64,000 nucleotides of DNA from Rhodocyclales bacterium (GCA_037440385.1 JBBIUI010000003.1:4533-68532); one strand, 5' to 3'; shown: positions 10,592 to 22,508, counted from the first letter of the stretch. A program made the numbers and translations. The notes: generated by a model from the sequence alone, not told the origin.

Positions 10592-12004
10592 TCATGACTG
10601 AAGCATTTTCCGGACATCGACGAACCTGCCCGCGACCGCGGCGGCGGCCGCCATCCGCGGGCTGACCAGATGGGTTCGCCCTCCGGGACCCTGGCGGCCC
10701 TCGAAGTTGCGGTTCGACGTCGACGCGCAGCGCTCGCCCGGCCCGAGCCGGTCGTCGTTCATGCCCAGACACATCGAGCAGCCCGGTTCGCGCCATTCGA
10801 ATCCCGCCGCAACGAAGACCCGATCCAGCCCTTGCGCTTCCGCCTGCCGCTTCACGAGCCCGGATCCGGGCACCACGAGTGCCTGCCGGATGTTCGCCGC
10901 GACGTGGCGCCCGCGCAGCACTTCGGCGGCCGCGCGCAGATCCTCGATGCGCGAGTTCGTGCACGAGCCGATGAACACCTTGTCGAGCGCGATCGCGTCG
11001 ATCGGCGTGCCCGGCCTGAGGCCCATGTACTGGAGCGCGCGCGCCCAGCCTTCGCGCCGCGTCGCATCCTTCTCGCGATCCGGATCGGGAACCACGCCAT
11101 CGACCGGGACGACCATCTCGGGCGAGGTGCCCCAGGTGACCTGCGGCCGCAGCGACGCGGCATCGAGCTCGACGACGCGGTCGAACCGGGCGTTCCCGTC
11201 GCTGTGCAGCGTGCGCCAGAACTCACAGGCACGTTCCCACGACTCGCCGCGCGGGGCGAACGGGCGCTCGCGCAGATACGCCAGCGTCGTGTCATCCACG
11301 GCGACCAGGCCGGCGCGCGCGCCCGCCTCGATCGCCATGTTGCACACCGTCATGCGGCCTTCCATCGACAGCGCGCGCACTGCGCTGCCGGAGAACTCGA
11401 TCGCGCAGCCGGTTCCGCCTGCGGTCCCGATTCGTCCGATCACCGCCAGGACGAGGTCCTTCGCCGACACGCCCCGGGGCAGCGCACCCTCGACGCGCAC
11501 CAGCATGTTCTTCGCCTTCCTCGCGAGCAGGCACTGCGTCGCCAGCACGTGCTCGACCTCGGATGTGCCGATCCCGAACGCCAGGCAGCCGAAGGCGCCG
11601 TGGGTGCTGGTGTGCGAATCGCCGCATACCACGGTCATTCCCGGCAGCGTGGCGCCCTGTTCCGGCCCGATCACATGCACGATGCCCTCGCGGGCGTCGC
11701 GGAACGGGAAGTAGGCCAGCGCGCCGGTGCGCGCGATGTTGGCGTCCAGCGTCTCGACCTGGAGCCGCGAGACCGGATCGGCGATGCCCCGGTCCCAGTC
11801 GCGGGTCGGCGTGTTGTGATCGGCGGTGGCCACGATCGAATCGGGCCGCCAAACCGTGCGGTGCGCGAGCCGCAGCCCCTCGTATGCCTGAGGGCTGGTC
11901 ACTTCATGGACCAGGTGGCGGTCGATGTACAGCAGCGCCGTGCCGTCGTCTTCCTGGCGGACGATATGGGAGGTCCAGAGCTTGTCGTAGAGCGTTTGCG
12001 GCAT
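10592..12004 (-). CDS. leuC: 3-isopropylmalate dehydratase large subunit
   Basis: [40 protein letters not shown]...[12 protein letters not shown], aconitase-family LeuC. Confidence 0.95.
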   Translation of the reverse strand: MPQTLYDKLWTSHIVRQEDDGTALLYIDRHLVHEVTSPQAYEGLRLAHRTVWRPDSIVATADHNTPTRDWDRGIADPVSRLQVETLDANIARTGALAYFPFRDAREGIVHVIGPEQGATLPGMTVVCGDSHTSTHGAFGCLAFGIGTSEVEHVLATQCLLARKAKNMLVRVEGALPRGVSAKDLVLAVIGRIGTAGGTGCAIEFSGSAVRALSMEGRMTVCNMAIEAGARAGLVAVDDTTLAYLRERPFAPRGESWERACEFWRTLHSDGNARFDRVVELDAASLRPQVTWGTSPEMVVPVDGVVPDPDREKDATRREGWARALQYMGLRPGTPIDAIALDKVFIGSCTNSRIEDLRAAAEVLRGRHVAANIRQALVVPGSGLVKRQAEAQGLDRVFVAAGFEWREPGCSMCLGMNDDRLGPGERCASTSNRNFEGRQGPGGRTHLVSPRMAAAAAVAGRFVDVRKMLQS

Positions 12005-12058
12005 CGGCGGGTCCGAAGCGTACCGGTTGGCCGCGATTATCTCACGGCGCTGCGGCGT

Positions 12059-12835
12059 TCAACGAGCCGAGTAGTAGCGGCGCGCCTCCGGCAGCCACTG
12101 CTCGATCGCGCGGATGCGAGCCTCGTCCGCCGGGTGGGTCGACAGGAACTGCGGCGGCCTCGCGCGGCCCCGGCTCGCCTGCGCCATGCGCACCCACAGG
12201 TCGCGCGCGGCGAGCGGATCGTAGCCGGCCTTCGCCATGTAGATCAGCCCCAGACGGTCGGCTTCGGACTCCTGCAGCCGCGAATAGGGCAGCAACACCC
12301 CGACCGTCGCGCCCAGTCCGAGCAGGCCGCCGTACAGGTTGGCCTTGGCCGGGTCCGACGTCGACATCGCCAGCCCGGCGCCTATGCCCTCGACGACCAG
12401 TTGCTGGCTGACGCGTTCTCCGCCGTGGCGCGCGATCGCGTGCGCGACCTCGTGCCCGACCACCGCCGCCAGTCCGGCATCGTCGCGCGCGACCGGAAAC
12501 ATGCCGGTATACACCGCGACCTTGCCGCCCGGCAGCGCGAACGCGTTGATCTCCTTGTCATTGTCGAGGACCTTGAATTCCCACCGGTAGTCGCTGCGCC
12601 CGGTCGCCGCGGCGATCCGCCGCCCGACCCGCTCCAGCATCTGGTTCATCCGGGGATCGGCCGAGATCTTCTCCTTCTTCAGCACGTCCTGGAACGCGGC
12701 GAACCCCATCGACACCTCCTGGCCCTCGGACAGGAGCTGGAGCTGGGAACGACCGGTGATCGGCACCGACTGGCAGGCCGTCAGCATCAGCGCGAGCGCG
12801 AGGCTCGCCGCGAGGGGGGCGCCCGGAATCTTCAT
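12059..12835 (-). CDS. M48-family zinc metallopeptidase lipoprotein
   Basis: Signal and lipobox LMLTAC. HEVAHAIARH (HExxH) plus a downstream E (QESEADRLG). Confidence 0.8.
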   Translation of the reverse strand: MKIPGAPLAASLALALMLTACQSVPITGRSQLQLLSEGQEVSMGFAAFQDVLKKEKISADPRMNQMLERVGRRIAAATGRSDYRWEFKVLDNDKEINAFALPGGKVAVYTGMFPVARDDAGLAAVVGHEVAHAIARHGGERVSQQLVVEGIGAGLAMSTSDPAKANLYGGLLGLGATVGVLLPYSRLQESEADRLGLIYMAKAGYDPLAARDLWVRMAQASRGRARPPQFLSTHPADEARIRAIEQWLPEARRYYSAR

Positions 12836-12865
12836 GTTCGTCTCATGGTCAAGCGGATATCGGCA

Positions 12866-14023
12866 TCAACGCGCCGACACGCCCTCCGATGACGCGTCGG
12901 GCCAGCGGCGCAGCATCAGCCCGAGACCGGCGGCCGCGAACAGCGCGGACACGCTGAAAGTCGGCCCGGCACCGAGCGTCTCCCAGGTGAGTCCGCTGAG
13001 CAGCCCGCCGGCCATCGATCCGGCGCCGAACGACACGCTCGAATACAGGGCCTGGCCGCGCGCTCGATGGGGCGGTGGAAACCAGCGGTTGATCGCCGCG
13101 ACCGCGGCGGCATGATAGGCGCCGAAGGTTGCCCCATGCAACAGTTGCGCGGCGACGATCAGCACGGGCTGGCGCGTCCCCCAGCCGATCAGCAGGAAGC
13201 GAATCACCGCGCACGCGAAGCTCGCCACCAGGATGCCGCGCAGCGAATGGCGCGCGAGCAGCCGCGGCATGCGCGCGAACACCGCGATCTCGGCGAGCAC
13301 GCCCAGCGTCCACAACCAGCCGACCGCAGCCTTGCTGTAGCCGCTGTCGACGAGATGGATCGACAGGAATACGTACAGCGCGCCATGGGCCGCGGACATC
13401 GCGAAACACGCGGCGAGCAGCGCCGCCACTTCCCGCCTGCGGACGATCTCGCCCAGACGGGGCCCGTCGCGCCCGTGGCGCTGCGCACCATCGTCCGGCA
13501 GCAACATCGAGCACACGGCGATCGCCGCGAGCAGGCCCGTCGAGACCCACAGCACTGCGCCGATCGATGTCCGATCGAGCAAGGGGCCGAGCGCGAGCGC
13601 GACGAGGATGAACCCGATCGAGCCCCACAGCCGGATGCTGCCGTATCGCTCGCCGCGGCTGCCGAGTCGCTCCAGTGTCAGCGCCTCGACCAGCGGCAGC
13701 GCGGCGCCCCAGAACAGCGCCATGACCGCCATCGCGACGAAGATGCCGGTAAAGGACTGCGTGAACCACAGCGCCGAAAACCCGACGGCGCTGGCGACCG
13801 AGCTGGCGCGCACGATGGGCGTGCGCCGCCCCGCGCGATCGGCGAGCCAGCCCCACAGGTTCGGCGCAACGACGCGCATCGCCTGCATCAGCGACATCAG
13901 CACGCCGATCTGCAAGGCGGAAAACGACAGCGAAGCGAGGTACAGGCTGAAATACGGCGCGAACGCGCCGACGAAGGCGAAATAGCAGAAGTAATACGTC
14001 GACAGGCGCCAGTACGGCAGCAT
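12866..14023 (-). CDS. MFS transporter (HcaT/PPP-like family)
   Basis: 385 aa, about 12 hydrophobic helices. MLPYWRLSTYYFCYFAFVGAFAPYFSLYL is an N-terminus typical of this MFS subfamily. Confidence 0.8.
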   Translation of the reverse strand: MLPYWRLSTYYFCYFAFVGAFAPYFSLYLASLSFSALQIGVLMSLMQAMRVVAPNLWGWLADRAGRRTPIVRASSVASAVGFSALWFTQSFTGIFVAMAVMALFWGAALPLVEALTLERLGSRGERYGSIRLWGSIGFILVALALGPLLDRTSIGAVLWVSTGLLAAIAVCSMLLPDDGAQRHGRDGPRLGEIVRRREVAALLAACFAMSAAHGALYVFLSIHLVDSGYSKAAVGWLWTLGVLAEIAVFARMPRLLARHSLRGILVASFACAVIRFLLIGWGTRQPVLIVAAQLLHGATFGAYHAAAVAAINRWFPPPHRARGQALYSSVSFGAGSMAGGLLSGLTWETLGAGPTFSVSALFAAAGLGLMLRRWPDASSEGVSAR

Positions 14024-14066
14024 CGCTTCGACCGGTCGCTGCCGCGCGGCACACGCCGGCAGGCGC

Positions 14067-14312
14067 TCAGGTGCGCTGGGCGCGCAGCAGCGCGTACAGG
14101 CTGTCCTTGATCTTCAGCCGCTTCTTCTTCAGCTTCTCGATCTCGACGTCCGGCACCGGTTCGTTGTTCTCCTCGACGCGCGAGACGTCGGCATCGACCC
14201 GCTTGTACTCGTCGCACAGGCGGGCGAACTGCGTGTCGGAGCTGCGAAGCCGATGAATCACGTGCTTGAGCTCGGGGAATTCCTGCTCGAGTTCGTGGGA
14301 CAGCAGCGGCAT
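14067..14312 (-). CDS. DUF465 (YdcH-like) small protein
   Basis: 81 aa: HELEQEFPELKHVIHRLRSSDTQFARLCDEYKRVDADV...KLKKKRLKIKD, a DUF465-like coiled-coil pattern. Confidence 0.7.
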   Translation of the reverse strand: MPLLSHELEQEFPELKHVIHRLRSSDTQFARLCDEYKRVDADVSRVEENNEPVPDVEIEKLKKKRLKIKDSLYALLRAQRT

Positions 14313-14373
14313 TTCGTTCCTCGCTCGGTAAGTGGATCGGTGGTTCGATGAAAAGACTCCGCGGGCCGCCGGC

Positions 14374-15531
14374 TCAGGGCTCCTCCGGCTCGGGATCGTT
14401 CACCCGCGCCCCCGCTTCGGACGGTGCCGGGTGCCCGGCGGCTCCCGCGATCGCGGCAACACCAGGCCTGACGTCGGCGCACTGGGCACGCTGGCGCAGC
14501 GCATGGTCGATCAGCACCAGGGCCAGCATCGCCTCCGCGATCGGTGTCGCGCGGATGCCCACGCACGGATCATGGCGGCCCTCGGTATGGATCCGCACCG
14601 GTGCGCCGGACTTGTCTATCGTGCGACGCTCCAGGCGGATGCTGGACGTGGGCTTCACCGCGAGCCGCACGACGATGTCCTGCCCGGTCGAGATGCCCCC
14701 CAGGATGCCCCCGGCATGATTGGACAGGAAACCCTCCGGCGTCATCTCGTCGGCATGCTCGCTGCCGTGCTGGGTGACACAGCCGAATCCGGCGCCGATC
14801 TCGACCCCCTTGACCGCGTTGATGCCCATCATCGCCGAGGCGATGTCGGCGTCGAGCCGACCATAGACGGGCTCGCCCCATCCGGCGGGCACACCACTGG
14901 CCATCACCGTGATCTCGGCGCCGATCGAGTCGCCCGACTTGCGCAATGCATCCATGTAGGCTTCCAGTTGCGGCACGGCATCCGGATCGGCGGCGAAGAA
15001 CGGGTTGCGATCCACCGCGTCCCACGCCTTGAAGGCGATCCCGATCGGGCCGAGCCGCGACATCCGCCCGCGTACCGTGACGCCGTATCGGCTGCCCAGC
15101 CATTTCTTGGCGATCGCGCCCGCCGCGACGCGCACGGCGGTCTCGCGGGCCGAGGCGCGCCCGCCGCCGCGATAGTCGCGGATGCCGTACTTGCGCCAGT
15201 AGGTGTAGTCGGCATGGCCGGGGCGGAAGGCTTCCATGATGGCGCCATAATCCCGGCTGCGCTGATCGACGTTGCGGATCAGCAGGCCGATCGGCGTTCC
15301 GGTCGTGCGGCCCTCGAACACTCCGGACAGGATCTCGACCGTATCGGGCTCGCGCCGCTGAGTGACGTGGCGCGACGTGCCCGGCTTGCGCCGGTCGAGC
15401 TCCCGCTGGATGTCCGCCTCCGCGAGTTCCATGCCGGGAGGACAGCCATCGACGACGCAGCCGATCGCCGGCCCGTGCGACTCGCCGAACGACGTGACGC
15501 AGAACAGCCTGCCCAGCGTGTTGCCCGACAT
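14374..15531 (-). CDS. aroC: chorismate synthase
   Basis: [33 protein letters not shown]...GRHDPCVG. Confidence 0.95.
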   Translation of the reverse strand: MSGNTLGRLFCVTSFGESHGPAIGCVVDGCPPGMELAEADIQRELDRRKPGTSRHVTQRREPDTVEILSGVFEGRTTGTPIGLLIRNVDQRSRDYGAIMEAFRPGHADYTYWRKYGIRDYRGGGRASARETAVRVAAGAIAKKWLGSRYGVTVRGRMSRLGPIGIAFKAWDAVDRNPFFAADPDAVPQLEAYMDALRKSGDSIGAEITVMASGVPAGWGEPVYGRLDADIASAMMGINAVKGVEIGAGFGCVTQHGSEHADEMTPEGFLSNHAGGILGGISTGQDIVVRLAVKPTSSIRLERRTIDKSGAPVRIHTEGRHDPCVGIRATPIAEAMLALVLIDHALRQRAQCADVRPGVAAIAGAAGHPAPSEAGARVNDPEPEEP

Positions 15532-15793
15532 GTCTCAGGCCGGCCTCGTCGAACGATACGGTTTCATGATCCGCGGTGCCGCGACGGCGCTTCGGTCGGT
15601 TCGTTGGGGCTATTATGCCCCCATGTCCGCCAGACGAAACAGGCCCGTCCCGCGACGCCCGGCCTCGCCGCCGCGCAGCCCGCCCCGGGAGGCGCCCGCA
15701 GACAACGCCCTGATGCGGCCCGACGCGCGCTGGCAGCGCACGCGCCGCTACGCCTGGGACAAGCGGCGCTAGCCCGCGGCACGCGCCGGCGCA

Positions 15794-17752
15794 TCACGCG
15801 CGCAGTTCCTCGCGGTCACGAAAATAGTCCAGTGCCTGCGGGTTGGCCAGCGCCTCGAGATTGCGTACCGGCTCGCCATGCACGACGTTGCGCACGGCGA
15901 GCTCGACGATCTTGCCGCTCTTCGTGCGCGGAATGTCGGCGACCTGCAGGATCTTCGCCGGAACGTGGCGCGGCGTGGTGTTCTCGCGAATCGCCTGGCG
16001 GATGCGAGCGGCGAGCGCATCGTCGAGCACCAGCCCGTCGCGCAGCTTGACGAACAGCACGACCCGCACGTCGCGCTCCCAGTTCTGCCCGATGACGAGC
16101 GACTCCAGGACCTCGTCCAGCTTCTCGACCTGGCGGTAGATCTCCGCGGTGCCGATGCGCACGCCGCCCGGATTGAGCGTCGCGTCCGAACGCCCATGAA
16201 TGATGACGCCGTCGTGGCGCGTGATCTCGATGTAGTCGCCGTGACACCACACGCCGGGAAATCTCTCGAAGTAGGCGGCGCGGTACTTGCGGCCGTCCGG
16301 ATCGTTCCAGAAGCCGACCGGCATCACCGGAAACGGCCGGACGCAGACCAGCTCCCCCGTGCGGCCGCGCACCGGCCGGCCGCGCTCGTCGAACACCTCG
16401 ACCGCCATGCCCAGCCCCCTGCACTGGATCTCGCCGCGCCACACCGGGCGGATGGGACAGCCCAGCACGAAGCACGAGATCAGATCGGTGCCTCCCGAGA
16501 TCGACGCGAGCTGGAGATCGGCCTTGACGTTCTCGTATACATAATCGAAGCCTTCCGGCGCGAGCGGGCTGCCGGTCGAGAACATCACGCGCAGCGCGCT
16601 CAGTTCGTGGCTGCGCGCCGGCGCGAGTCCGGCCTTCGCGATCGCATCGATGAACTTCGCCGACGTGCCGAAATGCGTCATGCCTTCCGCCTGCGCGTAG
16701 TCGAACAGGATCGAACCGCGCCCGACGAACGGCGAGCCGTCGTACAGAAGCAGCGTGGCTCCCGAGGCGAGGCCCGAGGCGAGCCAGTTCCACATCATCC
16801 AGCCGCAGGTCGTGAAGTAGAACAGCCGGTCGCCGGGCCGCAGGTCACCGTGCAGCCGGTGCTCCTTCAGGTGCTGCAGCAGCACGCCGCCTGCGCCATG
16901 CACGATGCATTTCGGCACGCCGGTCGTGCCGGACGAATACAGGATGTAGAGCGGATGGTCGAAGGGCAGCCGCTCGAACGCGATCTCGCGCGCGCCGGCA
17001 TGGGGCGCGAGGAAATCCGCGAGCCAGGTTGCGCCGCGGATCGCCGCCAGGTCCGCGCTCGCGCCGCTCACGTACGGCACGATCACGGTACGGCGCAGCG
17101 ACGGCATGCGCTCGCAGATCTGCCCGATCCTGCCGAGGTTGTCGATCGTCTTGCCGTTGTAGTAGTAACCGTCGGCCGCGAACAGCACGGCCGGTTCGAT
17201 CTGCCCGAAGCGGTCGACGACGCCCTGGACGCCGAAATCGGGCGAGGCCGACGAGAACACCGCGCCGATCGAGGCGGCCGCGAGCATGATGACGATCGTC
17301 GCCGGCAGGTTCGGCAGATAGGCCGCGACCCGCTCTCCGCGCCCGACGCCGAGCGCTCGCAACGCCGCCGCGCACTGCGCGACGGCCCGATGCAGTTGCG
17401 CATGGCTGACGCGGGCGCGCACCCTGTCCTCGCCCCAGAACACCAGCGCCGTCGCGCCGTCGCGCCGCACGAGCAGGTTCTCGGCGTAGTTCAGGCGCGC
17501 CTGCGGAAACCAGCGCGCGCCGGGCATGCGATCGGCATCGACGAGCACATCGCTGCCCGGCTCACCGATGACTTCGCAGAATTCCCATAGCGAGCGCCAG
17601 AACCGCTCGGGCGCCTCGACCGACCAGCGCCACAGGCCATCGTAGTCGCCGTTCGAGAGCTGCCAGCGCGCGTTGGTCTGGCGAAGGAAGGCGGTCATCG
17701 CGGCGCGCTCGACACGCTCCGGTCCGGGTTCCCACAACGGTGTTTCGCGCAT
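15794..17752 (-). CDS. acetoacetyl-CoA synthetase (acetoacetate-CoA ligase)
   Basis: 652-aa AMP-forming ligase ([14 protein letters not shown]; [10 protein letters not shown]) with an N-terminus typical of acetoacetate-CoA ligases (PLWEPG...FWRSLWEF). Strong GAGGAGG Shine-Dalgarno. Confidence 0.85.
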   Translation of the reverse strand: MRETPLWEPGPERVERAAMTAFLRQTNARWQLSNGDYDGLWRWSVEAPERFWRSLWEFCEVIGEPGSDVLVDADRMPGARWFPQARLNYAENLLVRRDGATALVFWGEDRVRARVSHAQLHRAVAQCAAALRALGVGRGERVAAYLPNLPATIVIMLAAASIGAVFSSASPDFGVQGVVDRFGQIEPAVLFAADGYYYNGKTIDNLGRIGQICERMPSLRRTVIVPYVSGASADLAAIRGATWLADFLAPHAGAREIAFERLPFDHPLYILYSSGTTGVPKCIVHGAGGVLLQHLKEHRLHGDLRPGDRLFYFTTCGWMMWNWLASGLASGATLLLYDGSPFVGRGSILFDYAQAEGMTHFGTSAKFIDAIAKAGLAPARSHELSALRVMFSTGSPLAPEGFDYVYENVKADLQLASISGGTDLISCFVLGCPIRPVWRGEIQCRGLGMAVEVFDERGRPVRGRTGELVCVRPFPVMPVGFWNDPDGRKYRAAYFERFPGVWCHGDYIEITRHDGVIIHGRSDATLNPGGVRIGTAEIYRQVEKLDEVLESLVIGQNWERDVRVVLFVKLRDGLVLDDALAARIRQAIRENTTPRHVPAKILQVADIPRTKSGKIVELAVRNVVHGEPVRNLEALANPQALDYFRDREELRA

Positions 17753-17941
17753 CGTTCCTCCTCACCACCCGCACCGGTCTCGCATCGCCTTCGTCGCGCG
17801 ATCGGGATGCGCGCCGGATGGACCAGGCTGCATTGCGTCGCCATTCGCGACTCGGATGGCCTGCTCGATTGCAATTATAATCGCCCGCTCCGTCCCGCTC
17901 GCGGGACGACACTGGACACTTCGCTGCGGCACGAGGCCGGC

Positions 17942-19585
17942 ATGGAACGTGAATCGATGCAGTTCGATGTCGTGATCGTCGGCGGCGGCCCCGCCGGACT
18001 CGCCGGCGCGATACGGCTCAAGCAGCTCGCGCTGGAGCACGGCCACGAGGTCTCCGTCTGCCTGATCGACAAGGGCTCCGAGATCGGCGCCCACATCCTG
18101 TCGGGCGCCGTATTCGACCCGCGCGCACTCGACGAACTGCTGCCGGACTGGAAGGAACGCGGCGCACCGCTCGGCACCGAGGTCAGCGAGGACCGCTTCC
18201 TGTTTCTCGGGCCGCGCAGCGGATGGAAGTTTCCTGGCGCCGCACTGCCGGCATGCTTCCTGAATCACGGCAACTACGTCATCAGCCTCGGCAACCTGTG
18301 CCGCTGGCTGGCCGGTCAGGCGGAGGCACTCGGCGTCGAACTGTACCCGGGCTTCACCGGGGCGGAGGTGCTGTATTCGGACGCCGGCGCCGTGGCGGGT
18401 GTGATCACCGGCGACATGGGCGTGGGGCGCGACGGCGAGCCCACGAGCGCCTATCAGCCGGGAATCGAACTGCGGGCCCGGTACACCCTGTTCGCCGAGG
18501 GATGCCGCGGGCATCTCGGCAAGCGGCTCGAAGCGCGCTTCGATCTGCGCAACGGATGCGACCCGCAGGTCTATGCCATCGGCCTGAAGGAGTTGTGGGA
18601 ATTCGCGCCGGGCAGCCATCGGCCGGGGCTGGTCATGCACACCGCGGGCTGGCCGCTCGATGCCCATACCTATGGCGGATCGTTCCAGTATCACTTCGAG
18701 AACAACCAGGTCTCGGCCGGCTTCGTCGTCGGCCTGAACTATGCCAATCCCTACCTGTCGCCGTTCGAGGAGTTCCAGCGCTTCAAGACCCACCCGCTGA
18801 TGCGCGGCGCGTTCGAGGGGGGGCGGCGAATCGCCTACGGGGCGCGGGCGATCGCCGCCGGTGGCCTGCAGGCGCTGCCGAAACTCGTCTTTCCCGGAGG
18901 CTGCCTGCTGGGCGACGACGCCGGCTTCCTCAATGCCAGCCGCATCAAGGGCTCGCACACCGCGATCAAGTCCGGCATGCTGGCTGCGGAAGCGTGCTTC
19001 GCCGCGCTGACGGCGGGGCGCTCGCACGACGAGCCGACCGACTATGCGCGCCGTTTCCGCGAAAGCTGGCTGTACGACGAACTGTACCGCGCGCGCAACT
19101 TCAAGCCGTGGATGAGCAAGGGCCTGTACGCGGGCTCCGTGCTGTTCGGCATCGACCAGAAGCTGTTCGGCGGCAGGGCACCGTGGACACTGCGGCTCAG
19201 CGCGGACCACGAGAAACTCCTGCCCGCCGCCCGCTGCAAGCCGATCGACTATCCGAAGCCCGACGGCGTGCTGACCTTCGACCGGCTCTCGTCGGTTTTC
19301 CTGTCGGGCACGCACCACGAGGAGAACCAGCCCTGCCACCTGAAATTGAAGGATCCCGGGGTTGCGATCCGGATCAATCTGGCGCTGTACGACGCGCCGG
19401 AACAGCGCTACTGTCCGGCCGGGGTCTACGAGATCCTGCGCGATGCCGACGGATCGAATCCGCGCCTGCAGATCAATGCGCAGAACTGCGTGCATTGCAA
19501 GACCTGCGACATCAAGGATCCGACCCAGAACATCGATTGGGTCGCGCCGCAGGGCGGCGAGGGGCCGGTCTATCCGAACATGTAG
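17942..19585 (+). CDS. electron-transfer flavoprotein:ubiquinone oxidoreductase
   Basis: MERESMQFDVVIVGGGPAGLAGAIRLKQL (FAD fold) ... C-terminal CVHCKTCDIKDP 4Fe-4S motif. Start trimmed from the track ORF (17807). Confidence 0.9.
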   Translation: MERESMQFDVVIVGGGPAGLAGAIRLKQLALEHGHEVSVCLIDKGSEIGAHILSGAVFDPRALDELLPDWKERGAPLGTEVSEDRFLFLGPRSGWKFPGAALPACFLNHGNYVISLGNLCRWLAGQAEALGVELYPGFTGAEVLYSDAGAVAGVITGDMGVGRDGEPTSAYQPGIELRARYTLFAEGCRGHLGKRLEARFDLRNGCDPQVYAIGLKELWEFAPGSHRPGLVMHTAGWPLDAHTYGGSFQYHFENNQVSAGFVVGLNYANPYLSPFEEFQRFKTHPLMRGAFEGGRRIAYGARAIAAGGLQALPKLVFPGGCLLGDDAGFLNASRIKGSHTAIKSGMLAAEACFAALTAGRSHDEPTDYARRFRESWLYDELYRARNFKPWMSKGLYAGSVLFGIDQKLFGGRAPWTLRLSADHEKLLPAARCKPIDYPKPDGVLTFDRLSSVFLSGTHHEENQPCHLKLKDPGVAIRINLALYDAPEQRYCPAGVYEILRDADGSNPRLQINAQNCVHCKTCDIKDPTQNIDWVAPQGGEGPVYPNM

Positions 19586-19787
19586 CGCCCGGATGAGCGA
19601 CGCGCCCGGACGTCCGGGTCAGGAAAGCGCGGGGATGGGCGAAAGGGTCCGGGCGAGGACGCGATCTTCCCCTTGCTTCGCGTTTCGGCAATAATCGCGC
19701 AAACCGGCCGCTTCGAACGACCCGTCCGGACGGCGCAGCAGACCGGCGCACGACAACTTCCCGAAACCATCCACTTCACGACGGCCC

Positions 19788-20960
19788 ATGCAACGCCTGT
19801 GGCTCGTATTCTCCCAGACCGTGACGGTCGCGCTCGCCCTGCTGTTCGTGGTGCAGACGCTGCGACCCGACTGGCTCGCCGCACTGCCGGGAGCGAACGG
19901 GCGCGGGTCCGGCTCACCGGCGCCCGCGGTAGCCGTGAGCGTGGCGCCGGCGGGCGAGCCGCGCAAGGTGGTCAGTTACGGCGATGCCGCCGCGCGGGCG
20001 GCGCCGAGCGTCGTCAACATCTTCACCAGCAAGGAGATCCCCGCCCAGCGCAATCCCTTGGCCGACGACCCGCTGTTGCGCCGCTTCTTCGGTGACGGAG
20101 ATGCCGGACCGCAGCGCGCCCAGAGCCTGGGCAGCGGCGTGATCGTCAGTGCCGACGGCTACATCCTGACCAACAATCACGTCGCGGATGCGGACGAGAT
20201 CGAGGTGGCCCTGTCGGACGGGCGCAAGTTCAAGGCCAAGGTGGTCGGCACGGACCCGGAATCCGACCTGGCGGTGCTGCGCATCGCCACCGGCACGAAG
20301 CTTCCGGCGATGGCTTTCGCGCCCAGCGACTCGCTGCGCGTGGGTGACGTCGTGCTCGCCATCGGCAACCCGTTCGGCGTCGGCCAGACGGTCACGATGG
20401 GCATCGTCAGCGCACTCGGCCGCAGCCGCTTGGGCATCAACACGTTCGAGAATTTCATCCAGACCGACGCGCCGATCAACCCGGGCAACTCCGGCGGCGC
20501 GCTCGTCGACAGCGGCGGGGCGCTGGTGGGCATCAATACCGCGATCTTTTCCAGGAACCCGGAGGGCGCCTCGGTCGGCATCGGCTTCGCGATCCCCGTG
20601 TCGCTCGCCCGCAGCGTGATGGAACAGATCATTCGCAGCGGTTCGGTGACGCGCGGTTTCCTCGGCGTCGAGGCGCAAGCGATCACGCCGGAGCTCGCGG
20701 AAGCGTTCAATCTGTCCGGAACGGAGGGCGCACTGATCGCCCGCGTCGTGCCCGGCAGCCCTGCGGCCAAGGCGGACGTGAAGCCGGGTGACGTGCTCGT
20801 CGAGGTGGCCGGAAAACCGGTGCGCGATCCGTCGGGCATGCTCGACCTGATCGCCGCGATCAAGCCTGGAGCAACGGTCCGCCTGAAACTGCGTCGCGCC
20901 GGTCGCACATTCGAGGTCGGCGCGACGGTGGTGCGGCGCCCGCAGCTCGAGCGCGAATAG
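19788..20960 (+). CDS. membrane-anchored HtrA-family serine protease (DegS/AlgW-like, single PDZ)
   Basis: N-terminal TM helix. Catalytic triad context TNNHV / D / GNSGGALV. C-terminal PDZ (GALIARVVPGSPAAKADVKPGDVLVEVAG). Confidence 0.85.
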   Translation: MQRLWLVFSQTVTVALALLFVVQTLRPDWLAALPGANGRGSGSPAPAVAVSVAPAGEPRKVVSYGDAAARAAPSVVNIFTSKEIPAQRNPLADDPLLRRFFGDGDAGPQRAQSLGSGVIVSADGYILTNNHVADADEIEVALSDGRKFKAKVVGTDPESDLAVLRIATGTKLPAMAFAPSDSLRVGDVVLAIGNPFGVGQTVTMGIVSALGRSRLGINTFENFIQTDAPINPGNSGGALVDSGGALVGINTAIFSRNPEGASVGIGFAIPVSLARSVMEQIIRSGSVTRGFLGVEAQAITPELAEAFNLSGTEGALIARVVPGSPAAKADVKPGDVLVEVAGKPVRDPSGMLDLIAAIKPGATVRLKLRRAGRTFEVGATVVRRPQLERE

Positions 20961-20976
20961 CGCCACGGAAACCCGG

Positions 20977-21741
20977 TCAGCGGGACGTTCCGCCTTTCGC
21001 GCCGGCGTCCAGTGCGGCCGCGTCCGGCCTGCCGACGAAGCGTCCGAGCACCAGGCCAAGCTCATAGAGCAGCCACAGCGGAACCGCCAGCAGGATCTGC
21101 GAGATCACATCGGGCGGCGTGAAGATCGCGCCGACGACGAACGCGCCGACGATCACATAGGGGCGCGCCTCCTTCATCTTCTGCAGGCTGACGATTCCGA
21201 ACCGGGCGAGCACGATCACCACCACCGGCACCTGGAACGCCAGGCCGAACGCGAGGAAAAGCGTCAGCACGAAGTTCAGGTACTGCTCGATGTCCGGCGC
21301 CGGCGTGATGCTTCTGGGCGCGAAATTCGCGATGAAGCCGAATACGGTCCGGAACACGAAGAAATAGCAGAACGCCATGCCCAGGACGAACAATGCGGTG
21401 CTGGCGACCACCAGCGGCAGGCCGAAGCGTTTCTCGTGCGCATAGAGCCCCGGCGCGACGAACGCCCAGCCCTGGTAGAGCACATAGGGAAGCGCCACCA
21501 GGAAAGCGACCAGCAGCGTGACCTTGACCGGGACCAGGAACGGCGTGATGACTCCGGTGGCGATCATCGTCGCGCCCTGCGGGAGCGTGCGGATCATCGG
21601 GAAGGCCAGGATGTCGTAGATGTCCGCCGCCCATGGCATCAGGACGACGAACACCACGCCCACCGCGATCAGCGCGCGGACCAGCCGGTCGCGCAGTTCG
21701 ATCAGATGGGACAGGAAGCTCTCTTCCGCGGGCTCCGTCAT
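20977..21741 (-). CDS. tatC: twin-arginine translocase subunit TatC
   Basis: MTEPAEESFLSHLIELRDRLVRALIAVGVVFV..., 6 TM. Start trimmed from the 308-aa track ORF. Confidence 0.9.
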   Translation of the reverse strand: MTEPAEESFLSHLIELRDRLVRALIAVGVVFVVLMPWAADIYDILAFPMIRTLPQGATMIATGVITPFLVPVKVTLLVAFLVALPYVLYQGWAFVAPGLYAHEKRFGLPLVVASTALFVLGMAFCYFFVFRTVFGFIANFAPRSITPAPDIEQYLNFVLTLFLAFGLAFQVPVVVIVLARFGIVSLQKMKEARPYVIVGAFVVGAIFTPPDVISQILLAVPLWLLYELGLVLGRFVGRPDAAALDAGAKGGTSR

Positions 21742-21748
21742 GGGCAAG

Positions 21749-22180
21749 CTAGGCGCCCTTCTTGTCGCCCGCCGCCGTCGTGAGTTCGAGCTCCAGCTGT
21801 GAGACGGCGGCCGGCGGTCCGACCGTCCCCGGCTCGGCGGGCGGCGGTTCGGTTGCGTCAGATCCGCTCGCCTGCGCGCCACCGGGCGCCGATGCGCCGC
21901 CACCGATCGCGGCGTTGAGCGACCGCTCGACGGAGTTGGTTTCGTCGTGGATGCTCAGTTCGACCTCCCGCGCGGAAGCCTCGACCTGGCTCTGCATCTT
22001 GCGCAGTTCCTCGAGCTGCAACTCGCGGTTGATGTCGCTCTTGACGTCGGAGACGTAGCGCTGCAGGCGCCCGAGCAGCGCCCCGACCGTGCGCGCCACC
22101 TTCGGCAGGCGCTCCGGGCCGATGACGATCAGGCCCACCAGGGCGATGACCACCAGTTCACTGAAGCCGATGTCGAACAT
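21749..22180 (-). CDS. tatB: twin-arginine translocase subunit TatB
   Basis: MFDIGFSELVVIALVGLIVIGPERLPKVARTVG... Confidence 0.9.
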   Translation of the reverse strand: MFDIGFSELVVIALVGLIVIGPERLPKVARTVGALLGRLQRYVSDVKSDINRELQLEELRKMQSQVEASAREVELSIHDETNSVERSLNAAIGGGASAPGGAQASGSDATEPPPAEPGTVGPPAAVSQLELELTTAAGDKKGA

Positions 22181-22268
22181 GTCTCGGCGTCAGGCACGAG
22201 ATCGGGGGCGGTATTCACAGCCCCCCGGAACCGGCTCCGGTCACGGGCAACCGTCTACCGCGCGCCGC

Positions 22269-22499
22269 TCACGACCTGGTCTTCTCCTTGGCCTCGACGT
22301 CGATGGTCTGTCCGGTGATCTGCTGGTTCGGGGAGGCGGGTTCCGCGGGCTTGTCGCTCGCGCCCTGCTTCATGCCTTCCTTGAATCCGCGCACCGCACC
22401 ACCCAGATCGCTGCCGATATTGCGCAGCTTCTTGGTTCCGAACACCAACAGGATGATCACCAGCACGATCAGCCAGTGCCATATGCTCAAGCTGCCCAT
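22269..22499 (-). CDS. tatA: twin-arginine translocase subunit TatA
   Basis: [42 protein letters not shown]. Confidence 0.9.
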   Translation of the reverse strand: MGSLSIWHWLIVLVIILLVFGTKKLRNIGSDLGGAVRGFKEGMKQGASDKPAEPASPNQQITGQTIDVEAKEKTRS

Positions 22500-22508
22500 C
22501 GTCTCACC

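Noticed and set aside
15611-15772. GGGGC-TATTAT-GCCCC hairpin/-10-like element followed 6 nt later by an ATG opening a 49-aa very basic ORF (possible leaderless small protein) in the aroC upstream gap
   Set aside because: There is no -35 and no Shine-Dalgarno. The Arg/Pro-rich composition is what random GC-rich sequence yields, and I recognise no family. It is not supportable without expression data.
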